64,000 bases of DNA from NCBI GenBank assembly GCA_964270895.1, contig OZ185443.1; one strand, 5' to 3'. The notes under the pieces were generated by a model, which searched no databases, was not told the origin of the DNA, and saw only the letters and a program-made list of their open reading frames with translations. Shown in pieces: positions 23,796-34,770 of this stretch; the first letter of the stretch is position 1, and each line of letters starts with the position of its first letter. The translations under genes were made by a program, and so were the position numbers. The DNA is from Podarcis filfolensis (taxonomy: Eukaryota).

Positions 23796-24685
23796 TGTTA
23801 TTCAGCACAGTTGTAGGTGGTGAGGACATAAATTGATAGTGGATTTTAAGGGATCGTTAGAGAGAGGCACAGCTGAACCACTCTCCAAAGGGATCTCATT
23901 AAAGAGCATTCTGAGGCATACCAGTAACTAGTCAGTCACATGTAGTATGGCTGCCAACTCAGTTTGAGGCTAACATTCCTCATTCCTTCATGTCCAGGAA
24001 AAAAGGAAGTGGGTATGGTCAGTTTAAGCCATATTAAGACTTGAGAAACCACCATCAAGATGAATTTTGTTGCTCAAATGCCACTAATAAGCTAGATCAG
24101 AAGAGTAGTAGGTTAGCATAGCATTGTCCTGCATGGAGTCAGACTTTGTTGCAGATTCCTCAGTCAATAGTCAACCTTCTTAATTCCAAAAATAGTGATG
24201 TGTCAGATCTTTCTAAAAGACTAAAATTTTGTACCAAAGACAAAAAATGTGCATTACTAACTGTATTTTTTTTTGAAATTATTTGGGATATACATTTGAA
24301 TAAAGATTGGTTCGATTGTTTATATTTCTATGCCGCTTTTCATTCAGGTAAATCCCAAGGTGGCTTACAAACAATTAATAACAATAACATGATAGAATAT
24401 AATACAGCATTAATCATTATATTATAAAGAGGATTTATTGAAGAGAGCAAGGCACTGCACTTTGCTGCTTTCCTGAGCAGCGTTTGATTGAAATCTGTCA
24501 CGGAGGTTTACTGACAGTATCCAAATGGATCCTATGTAAATGAGGGGCAACCTGTTTAAAAGCAAGGCATGCAAAAGCAGAAAAACTGGGCTTGGGGACT
24601 GACAGATTCCCAGCATATGACACAACTAAGCTGAAGTACACTGTATATGGGAACTTGCTGCTGAAGCTGTTTACAAAATTCGTAC

Positions 24686-24837
24686 CTGGACACGGTGTAT
24701 TCTACAACCCTAAGAATATGGTCATGTGGCCCAATGGCCCATCGTTCTTGGTTGGTGGTATAGGACACATACAGCTTTCCATTTTTTTTGTAATTGGGAT
24801 GGAATGCAAGGCTTAAGAGCCCTCTTTCATCTCCACC
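24686..24837 (-). CDS. HHIP: HHIP exon 5 (GGDERGLLSLAFHPNYKKNGKLYVSYTTNQERWAIGPHDHILRVVEYTVSR)
   Basis: 152 nt; acceptor ctgcag|GGT, donor AG|gtacga. Confidence 0.98.
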
Positions 24838-25653
24838 CTGCAGTCAAATGGGGAAAAAAGCAAAACAAAGAATTGTGAAGTTAATTATGTTCTTTATTGT
24901 GTTTAAGAGGGACCCCCCCCTTTAAAAAAGTTTCTTTCTTTCTTGTGAGTAATCTTTGCTGCCTCCTTTCTTCTTTTCTTTCTTCCTTTTCTAACTATGG
25001 CACAAAAAAGGATTATAAAACATTTCATCCGGTTTGGGGAATGAGGAGGGGCGGCAGTGGTTGTTGCTCCTTGAGAGTCGGAAGAGAACAATTGTTTTGT
25101 GTAGCTATTGGTATACAAGCCTCCTCACTCCTTTTCTATGGAGAGATCTTTGGGAAGCCATGAAGACAAGTTTAAGTGCTGCAGAGAATTCTTTCCTGGA
25201 TTACTAGGTTGCTTGTTATAAGCAGAAGGCAAATTAGGAAAAAGGTCTATAATCAGCAGTCACTTCAAATCCAAGTATCCAAGCCCTGAAACACAGTGCC
25301 AACTCCCACTGTCTTGGCAATATGTTTAGAAAACAGTTAAATTGCTTGTGTAATATGTAAACCTTTGTTTTACCCTGGAGGCAACTACATCACTTGTCAC
25401 AACGATGGTGGTCTGTTCATCATTGCTAGCATACTGTAGGTAATAAGCAGCCTCCATTCTCACTGCATGAAAGCATCATTCTGTAGGGGGGTCCATAGTG
25501 CAAAGGATTTTATTATTTCAAAAAAACAAAAATAGAAAATGCCCAAACATCTTTCTTTCATTATTTATGTATGCCACACAGATTAGTACCGTTATATGTT
25601 TAGCATCAGTTTCATGTACTGTGACAATACAAATGCCAGCAACAAAATGCAGC

Positions 25654-25656
<3 letters not shown>

Positions 25657-25685
<29 letters not shown>
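25657..25685. repeat. (CA)n microsatellite
   Basis: Read directly. Confidence 0.95.
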
Positions 25686-25688
<3 letters not shown>

Positions 25689-25989
25689 CCCAACCCCGAA
25701 AAGGGAGGGGTGGGAGGGAAAGGGAGGGGGATCTTTCAGAGCTCTGAAGTGCAGAATGCAAAAGAGCACCCTCCAAGCATACTAGCATAAATGTATTTTT
25801 GTACAGAAAATATCTAATTAATAAGTATTGATACAAACAGAGATTCAAAAATACACAGAATGGGGTATGATCAGAAAAGAATTTCCTGAACACAATGAGT
25901 ATTTCACACATAAGTTAAATACGCTATTGTTTATGAGGTGCTTCTTAGGCCGTCTCACTCTAGTTATTCCTGCAGCATGATATATTTAA

Positions 25990-26078
25990 GGCTGCAATCC
26001 TATTCTCTCTTACCAAGGAGTAAGTTCCATTGAAGTCAATGGGGTTTACCTCTGAGTAGGCATGTATAGGCATGCACC
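25990..26078. mobile_element. About 90-bp palindromic MITE (Harbinger-like)
   Basis: TAA|GGCTGCAATCC terminus; central CCATTGAAGTCAATGG dyad; same family as 55188 and 58149. Confidence 0.6.
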
Positions 26079-28089
26079 ATAATGATTGTTATCAGTGAGG
26101 TTATTCTTTCCTTTAGCGATCTTGATATATTGTCGTTCATTTTCTTCTTCTTCTTTGCTACTTGTACTTAAAGAATAATTTTGAAATGGAGTTCCTTAAT
26201 ATGACAAATCATCCATGATAAAATATGATACAATTTACTTCTGTATGTGGAGATTGTGCTTGTATACCAGTACATTTATAATAGGACATGAATACTTTGT
26301 ATATGAATATTTTTACACTATTCTGTTTCAGGATGCTTTTTCTTGTTTGTACAACGGGCCAGAATGCAAGCTTTCATTCTGACAAACAAAACTGTACAAT
26401 CTGCATAACTTGAAATGCATTTTTATGCCCTTTAAAATAAATATGGGTTAACTTATAGATTGCAGGTTGTGAAATTCTATAATGATTTCAAGAAGAAAAG
26501 CTACAGCATGAAAACATTATTTTCATTAATGGCACAATTACATCAGTTCTTTACTCTTGAATTGGAGCTAGACTCTTGCCTCAACTAGACCCATTTAAAT
26601 CAATGGGCTGAAACATGCCTTATCCTTTGTCAGATTGTGACCTCTAAGGTGAAATTCTGTTATTATTGCTGACTTAGCAATATCAATACATTTCAGAGTT
26701 TCTGCAACTTTGGGTTGGATCCAGACTTGGCTATGCATAGACTATCCCCACTGAAATCAATGGGGCTAAAGTTTATAAAGACATAACTTAAATCCTACTG
26801 ATATCAGTGGGTCTACTTTAGGCATAACCAACTCCAATCTGTTATATGCAACTGGGTGCAAAAATGGACTTAAATGCAAAGTTAATGCAAAGTTAAGCTC
26901 CTTCAACTCCCATTGAAATCAAAGACATGGGTCAAGATCAAGAAAACCCATTAGGAACATGCAGGACCTCCTTGCAAGTACCAGTGGGCCATGGAACCCC
27001 TTGTTTCCCCCTATGATTTCCCCCTCTTTATGTTAAATTAGAGGCCACCATCAGAGACCATTGTTGGACTTCCACTGGGTTTGGGTTGCTGGTTTGTTTG
27101 TTTTTTTAGTAACGTGGAGAGCTGCTTTCAGAAAGTCCCCACTACATTCCCAGTATGGTTCTTTGGATCCCAGCAACAGTTAATTACATTGCACTTTCAA
27201 TGGCCTCATAAGTGCTCATTCAATTAGCAGCCTCTAGGATGAAAGGTTTGGTAAACCATCCATCCTCTTTCTAAGTTCATAAACAAAAACAATCCGCAGC
27301 TGCTGCCATGTTGATTTCAGTATCCTTACGCAAAGTATAATGGAACACCAGTTATCTGAACTGTGATTATCCTGAACCTAATATCTGAGGTCACTGCAGT
27401 GTATTCCATTTGAACTCATATTTGCACATTATGTTTATACAATACATGCATTTCATTCATTCCTTGTGATCTCCAGCCCTGCCAATTTCCCTGAATGGCG
27501 TCATGAAGAGCTGCTATAGTCTGAAGATCTAATTTGCATTAAAGTCCATTAATGCCCAGTTTTAGCAACATTGGTTTAATGATGTTATAGAAACATGGGA
27601 TAATGATGGCTATTTAATAAGCTAGTCACTACTGATCATTGAAGAACCTTTTGACTTTAGCTTTTCATAACACTACTGTTTGAAAAAAATAGAAAAAAAT
27701 ACTGCCAATACCCAGGTGAATGTTTGTAGCTTAACTTTTCTATAGTGAAAATAGCCACCTGCTATGAATGCAGTCTGCATGTTCTCAACAGCCAATGCAT
27801 AATTCAAATAGCTATGTTGAGAATATTTAAGCTGCAATTGCTTCATCATGTTCCCAACTCAAAATTCAACCTATATTTGCTATGCAACGGATAAGCATCT
27901 GTTCTATGGATGTGACCTTTTGGGCCAACATCAAGCATGCTTCTTCACAACAAATTCAAGAGGAATTGGTTGTTGACACTCTGCAGCAAAGTTGCTTTTC
28001 AAGTGGTTGTGATCAAGTGGAAGAAGCTCAGTGTGCTGAGATTCACCCAGGGAGCCACTGTTTACATAACCAAGTGAGATCATCCGGAG

Positions 28090-28408
28090 GAGCACTGATA
28101 GTTATCCGCCATGTTACAGACGCCCAAGTGACCTTAACCAAAAATCGACCACTTAGTGTCGCCAGTCCCATGCTGTGAGACATGCTTCCAGCAGAGATTC
28201 AGCAGGCAACATCGCTTTTGGCATTCAAGTGAACCTTGAAGATAGGCTTATGTAGCTGTTTGAAATTTTCTTGAGTAGCTAGTCATTTTAAGAATTGTTT
28301 TGTACTGCTTTTAATTTTTATTTAATGCTTTTAAATTGATGTACACTGCCCTGATATTTTATGAGATGGCAGTATATAAACACTCGTATATAAAATGAAT
28401 GAATGAAT
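28090..28408 (+). mobile_element. L2 LINE 3' end with (AATG)n tail
   Basis: CAGTCCCATGCTGTGAGACATGCTTCCAGCAGAGATTCAGCAGGC (degenerate APxLWNxLPxEIRQA), T-rich UTR, ATGAATGAATGAATG tail. Confidence 0.75.
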
Positions 28409-28792
28409 GAAGCTGGAAGTCACTATGGCCCATAAAAAGTTGAAGAGTTGAAGCTGCCATGTCTTTTGGTACACATTGCTGCAGCATGAAAAATGCAGGC
28501 TGAGTTGCAAGTCTGGGAGAAGAGCAACCTGGATGGATGCACAATGTGCTTTTTGTGGATAATGCCTTGTGGGATGCTACATCAGAGGGTTCCTTGTCCT
28601 AATTTTGGGAGAGCATTTTAGGGGCAAAGGGAGCTGCTGTTAGAAATGGGCGGGGAGAGAACCGAAAAATCTCTGACGCATGCTTGGAAATTGCATACAG
28701 AACTTTGCATCCCGGCCATTGTAAAGCCATCATATGGCCATTTTTACCACTTATATGGATCCACTCGGCCCATATTTTCAATAAACCTATTT

Positions 28793-28970
28793 GTGGCAGC
28801 CTCAACCCTGCCGTGTGGGGTCATCACCCTTGCAGATGAGACAGACAGACAGGAGACAGACAGACAGACAGGTTGTATATCCATAGTAGTGAGCAGAAGA
28901 GAAACAACCACAGAGAGAAGAAACACCCTGGTGCATCTGCAGCAGCACAACCAAATGCCTTAATCTACTC
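28793..28970 (+). mobile_element. RTE-clade LINE internal fragment
   Basis: GGCAGCCTCAACCCTGCCGTGTGG...GTATATCCATAGTAGTG...GCAGCACAACCAAATGCC aligns by eye with 41870-42065 and with the reverse complement of 21610-21800. Confidence 0.75.
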
Positions 28971-31900
28971 CACACTACATCTGCCTGCAACACCTGTAAA
29001 ATTTCCCGCAGCAGAAGTGTCATATCATGTTTTGTACAACCCAAAGTGTTTTTTCTGGGTACCACCGGTCCTAGCGTCAGGCTGTTCTATATATTTCTAT
29101 GATCCAAGAGCAGGAAAACATGTCACAATGATTACTCTCTTGTTGTTACACACCCTCATATTTTGATGCAGGAAGGAAGAAAGGAAGGAAAGAAGGAAGG
29201 AGATACTGAAATGGTTGGGGGATTTTACCAACCAAATATTACTACTGATGAGAATGCTTGGCTGGAGTAAGAAATACGTGGTTTCTGACTCCTTGTTTCC
29301 ATAAAGATTATTTTATGGTCTGTAGCTAATATAGTGGTCATGCAGCTAAAGGCATTATCTTCGCATCATTAGAATGAAACATAACACTGGAAATCCCTGA
29401 CTTCATTGCTTGAGGTTTCATTGGTATCTGAGATTTTATATTTCCCATTGTAAATCTAAATAAGAACTTGTGCTGACCTTTATTAGAGCAAACATTAAAC
29501 ATTAAACAATTCAGTAAGATTACTACTATGAAAGGGAACTTTTTAAAATGTGTTTTGGACCACCAAGAAACAATCATAAATTTAAGGAAATATGAGGTTA
29601 CGACCATGTGACTTCCCTTGCCGAGTTATGTAACAGATTGTTGTGACTTAAAGGTCATACTTTTTTTTAAAAGACACATTTTAAAGAGATTTATAAAATT
29701 TCTATTTATACAATGTTCATATCAACAATTTAAAAGGTATAAGTTACTAGAATAACATATAAAGTTCATTTCCTATGACCCCCTTTACAAAATACAGAAT
29801 ACTGGGCCAATAGTAAATTATATAATCTAGAGCTCTATTAAACACATATCTTTTAATGGACAGGCAAATGGTTCATAATGATCAAATTTTAGTTAATGCT
29901 GAGGAAATGCCAGTCTGCTTATATGCTAATTTTTAAAACTGAGATTTGATATCTTTACTTCATTTACAGCCTACCCTAAATGTAAAGTTGAGAGTGGAGA
30001 AAAATAGAATAATAACTGAAATTAGTTGCACCAGTCCAGCAAAAGCAATATCCATGGTTTGCCCTTCAGTATATCTACTTTTTACATATGCAGCTATGAA
30101 GAAAGGACTGGGAAGTACAACTAGGGCAGAACCACATAGGCTGGATCCATGGGGGGTGGACAGGGGCTTGGGCAAACTGTCAGAACTCCAGCTTGCTGCC
30201 TCCCAAGTTGTAATTCAGTAAGAAAACAACAACCCACCAATCCTCACCCCCTAAATGTCAAGAGACTTCATTCATCTCCAACAGCACATCTTGTTTGTCC
30301 CTTGGCTTAGATCATATCCTGCTTTCCATGACAAATCATTTAACTGTATATCAAAATTGAGTTACATGAAAGCTAATGGGAAGAATAACAGAGCTAGTGG
30401 TATCAACTGTATGTTTTGTATAAACAATCCTCACAACAAAGATAAGAGGGGCAGAATTTTTAAGGCTGCTTCTTCCCTTTATAACAATTTACAATCTAGG
30501 AATGAATGAGAGCAAGGAAGAGCGAGCATTAATAAAAGTCAGCCACCATTATGATGTCACTCTCCTAATTTCCCCTGAAATAAACTAGCAGGTACAAATA
30601 ATATTTATAATAAGTGACATCATCCATTGCTCAGACCTTGTGTTATATATAGCAGTGTTTCCTGTTTGTTGTAAAGAACACCTTCTGGGTGGAATGGATT
30701 CCATTAACAAAAATCTGTCTTATGTTAAGCCATCTTTGTTAAAACATACGTACACACACCAGACCAGGAATGATACAGATACAATGTAGCAATTTATAAA
30801 AACTTAATCATGTGTTACAAATTAAGGACTCCATCCTGTGTTAAAGTAATCCATAGCTACATAAAGAAAACAAGAGTCCAGATAATATGAATAAAGCTCA
30901 TTTCCTAGGAAATTCATCATCTCTAAACAAAAAAAATCCCATACACAATGCTTGATCACAATTATGGGCCTAACTACAAAATGCTGATGTAACCAAGCTT
31001 ATCGGAGGTATGCTGTGGCGTACAATTTTTTAAATTATTTTTTAGAATCTGATAGAGAAGAAGTCATGATTGTTTTTTGAGAAAAGTCAAAGATCCTGAT
31101 CTTTGCAGAACTGTTGAATCTGTACTGAAAAATCAGTATGCAACATTTATGATGTCCATTCATAAACATCTGTTTCCAGAAAATCTTGGTCATTTCAAGT
31201 AACACTGTAGGATGATGCCCAGTTCCCCAGGGAATGTCCATTCATGTGATTTCATTCAGAGTTTAATGCCAGTGTGAGGTGAATGCTGGAAAACAGCAAT
31301 TCAATGTGAACAAAACTAATATAATCTGTGGGAATCCATGATGTATGCCCAGAAGAAAATGAGTGTCTGGAAAGGCTCTCAAAAGTTTCATTAGTAGGAT
31401 TAAAATATACATGTGAATGAGGAATTTGCTTGTGGTTCAGGTTTTTTTTTTAATGGGAGGCAGAATGCAACCCCAGTTTATATCAGCACCAATATTTGCC
31501 TGGGTGCTTCTGAATGTGATGACTAGGAATCCTTCTTCAATTTCAGCTACAAAGAAGATCCAGAGACAGCTAATTCTCTTTACTAATAATGCCAGTCTTT
31601 TTTTCTTTTAAAAAAATGTTTAGAGCACATTTTGACTCAAGGAAACCACCATTTTATATTTCAAATCGGGGGAAATAAATACAGTAAATGGACAAAAGTA
31701 CAAAGATTCCCAAAATGTTTAGGGGTATGCATACCCCTGCGCACCCCCAGAAAAAAGCACTGAATAATGCCAAGGAGAAAAAGTGCATTGCCTTCCCATG
31801 CACTATCCAAGAGACAAGAGTCACAAGAGCCAGTGTGTACCCAGGCTATCTGTATCTGGGACAAGATATGGCACTTGGAGACAGTCACCACATCACCCTA

Positions 31901-32149
31901 AATAAATGTTGACTTAGTATGATCTGCTCTCCCCAACTGAACAGAACATTTGTCAGATTTAGCGAGGATTAGACCACAGAGGAGGTGAGTGTGGCAGTAG
32001 TTTGGAGTGGACAGTGAGAGCAGAAGACCAATAAGCTGGGAAAAACATCAAAGGTATGGTGGCCAGAGATGGGTCCTTAAGGACACTGGTCAGATCCATT
32101 TTTCAAGTCAAAGATGGCCAGTTCCCATTCAGATATTTTGGCTATTACA

Positions 32150-32345
32150 GAGGGCTCGTGTGGTGAAGTGGTTATACTGCCTGACTTAGCTTGGGAAGAC
32201 CCTGGTTCAAATCTCTGCTTGTTCCCAGTGTTTACAATGCTTGAGGCCAGTTAGCATCACTTAGCTTAACCTAGGCTTGTTGTGAGGATAAATTTGGGGG
32301 GCAGGAATCATGTCCTATACTGGAAGCTCTCTTGGAAGTGGGCAG
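32150..32345 (+). mobile_element. Old Ther1/MIR-type SINE
   Basis: A-box GTGGTGAAGTGG, B-box GGTTCAAATC, CORE-like GGCTTGTTGTGAGGATAAA. Confidence 0.65.
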
Positions 32346-33810
32346 GATTAACAAGAACAGCAATTTTGCTTGACCACAAGGCAAACATGTTACAAAGTAC
32401 TAAACTTGAAAAATAACTTAATTTTAACAAAGGGGAAAGGAAGGGGAATAACAGTTTCTATAAATGCAAACAACAATAGCTACTTTTTAAAACAGTAGGT
32501 AATATATATATAAACAACTACAGTAACTTAATTGTAACCAGGGGACCATGTCTGAAACTGCCTAAGCATTCATTAAAAAGCAATATAATAACTTCCTCTG
32601 TTTATAACTGCAGAAATACTCCTTCACATTTCTTATGTTCTTAAAACTGATAAACCAAGGTGGCGGGTGGGGGGGGGGGACTGAACTGGCTCCAAAGAAT
32701 GACGAGTGGAAAGAAAATTAGTGCAGTTCCACAAATATATGACAAAAGGTTTACACAGTGCTCTAATTGGCAGGTTCTATAACAGTACTCACATTTCCAC
32801 TGGTGCAAGAGATTACACAAGCATAAGAATATCCTTTGAGATTCATTTAATTTGTTTCACACAGTGGGAAGCACTGCATCTGTGAGTGGAACATACTTTC
32901 CACATGCAGAAGGGCACCTTTAGATATAACAGCACATGCAGATTATAGAAAATCGAATGTATGCCATAATGATTGAAGCAAACGATTTATTTACGTTATT
33001 TATTAAATTTCCACACCACCATTCATTCGAGGGTCACAGGGCAGTCTACAATATAAAAACACAAAAATACATAACACAGTAACAAACAAAAGCAATAACG
33101 CCTCCCATATATTGTTTAATGTTTTTATTTATTATATTAAACCATTCCATTGGCCAGAAAAACCAAAGGTTTTCTTCAGTCCCTTATGATTTATCTACAT
33201 GCTGCCTTGATCTTCATTAAGTCATATGTATATGGGCATAATGAATGGTTATATGGCTGAAATCTGATAACAGTTGGGAAGTCTTCACTAAGGATGAGGG
33301 AGAAATCCACTCCAGTAAACTCAAGCATGGATTCCTTGCCTTGTGAGGGTTGGTCTCCTTCAAACAAACACCCGTGTTTTTCACTGTTGAGGTCAGTGAA
33401 CTTTATAACACCATTAATTACATAAGATCAGTTGTAACATTTATTTCATTTCATGTTAACTTCTCTGGGCATCTGTCGCATTGGCACTTTGGCAAATCCA
33501 ATAAATGAAATAATAAAAGAATAGCATTGTTTAGAAGTCTGATGCCTGAAGCAAACTGTATGACCACTCAAAACTATTACATACTCAGAATAAGAGAAAC
33601 TTAGACATAAAAATTAACCAAATGTTCATCTGTGTTGATGGACTGCATCCAGCCATAGTGAAGATTTCTTGAGGTTTTCAGTATTACTGCTACTACTGCT
33701 ATTATTACTATTGATACTGCTATTATTTGGCTTAGCCCTATGGTTGATTAGAACCTGAGTTTCCCATGGTCAAAGTTAGCACTGTAGCTAAGCATACCAC
33801 ACTTCTCACT

Positions 33811-33931
33811 TTGTTGTTGTTTAGTCGTTTAGTTGTGTCCGACTCTTTGTGTCCCCATGGACCAGAGCACGCCAGGCACTCCTGTCTTCCACTGCCTCCT
33901 GCAGTTTGGTCAAACTCATGTTGGTAGCTTC
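33811..33931 (-). mobile_element. BovB (RTE) LINE extreme 3' end
   Basis: Reverse complement of the BovB end at 52960-53073, with a (CAA)n tail. Confidence 0.9.
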
Positions 33932-33944
33932 ACCTTACAACCTT

Positions 33945-34272
33945 AATGTTGTAAGATTCAGGACAGATAAAATGCTTCTTCATGCAGTGCATAGTCAAAC
34001 TGTGGAACTTGCTGCCCCAGGAGGCAGTGATGGTCATCAACTTCGATTGCTTTAAAAAAAGGATTAGACAAATTCATGGAGGAAAGGGCTATCAATCACT
34101 AGACATGATGGTTATGCTCTGCCTCCACAGCTACAGGCAATAATGCTTCTGAATACCAGTTGCTCATGTTCTGTTTGCTGGTTTCCCATTGGCATCTGGT
34201 TGGTCACCGTGAGAACGGGTTGCTGGGATAGATGGGCCATTGGCCTGATCCAGTAGGCTGTTCTTATGCTCT
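33945..34272 (+). mobile_element. CR1 LINE 3' fragment
   Basis: Degenerate peptide RFRTDK...KLWNLLPQEAV...FKKGLDKFM followed by a CR1 3' UTR. Confidence 0.88.
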
Positions 34273-34331
34273 TAACCCTAACTACATCCCACTGGTTGTG
34301 AATATGTCAGCTTGCTGTGTTCTAGCATGTA

Positions 34332-34770
34332 CAGTGGTACCTCGGGTTAAGAACTTAATTCGTTCTGGAGGTCCGTTCTTAACCTGAAACTGTTCTTTTA
34401 AAAATAATAATAATAATTTTTTATTAAATTTTCCATTTTAACAATCCAATCAAATCACATTAAATATTCCAAATTATACAAATACATATCATATAGTCCA
34501 AATATTCTGCCAAATTATAATTTTTTATTGGGACTTCCCATGCTTCAAGTTCGGGGGGGCTCTGATCATCTCATATTTCTATTGCCTTGAGTTTCCAATA
34601 GTTCCTTTAAATCTTCCTATTGTTAACCTGAAACTGTTCTTAACCCGAGGTACTACGATGCTGCCGCACGATTTCTGTTCTCATCCTGAAGCAAAGTTCT
34701 TAACCCGAGGTACTATTTCTGGGTTAGCGGAGTCTGTAACCTGAAGCATCTGTAACCCGAGATACCACTG
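34332..34770 (+). mobile_element. Tc1/mariner MITE, copy B, interrupted by an L1-like insertion
   Basis: TA|CAGTGGTACCTCGGGTTAA ... TAACCCGAGATACCACTG|TA. Confidence 0.9.
34398..34622 (-). mobile_element. 5'-truncated L1/Tx1-type LINE 3' end inside the MITE
   Basis: 19-bp TSD TTAACCTGAAACTGTTCTT (34379-34397 and 34623-34641); on the minus strand AATAAA is followed by an A/(TTA)-rich tail. Confidence 0.75.

Noticed and set aside
28568-28834. Solo LTR with TG...CA ends
   Set aside because: The apparent right end (CCCTTGCA) belongs to the adjoining RTE fragment, and there is no matching TSD.
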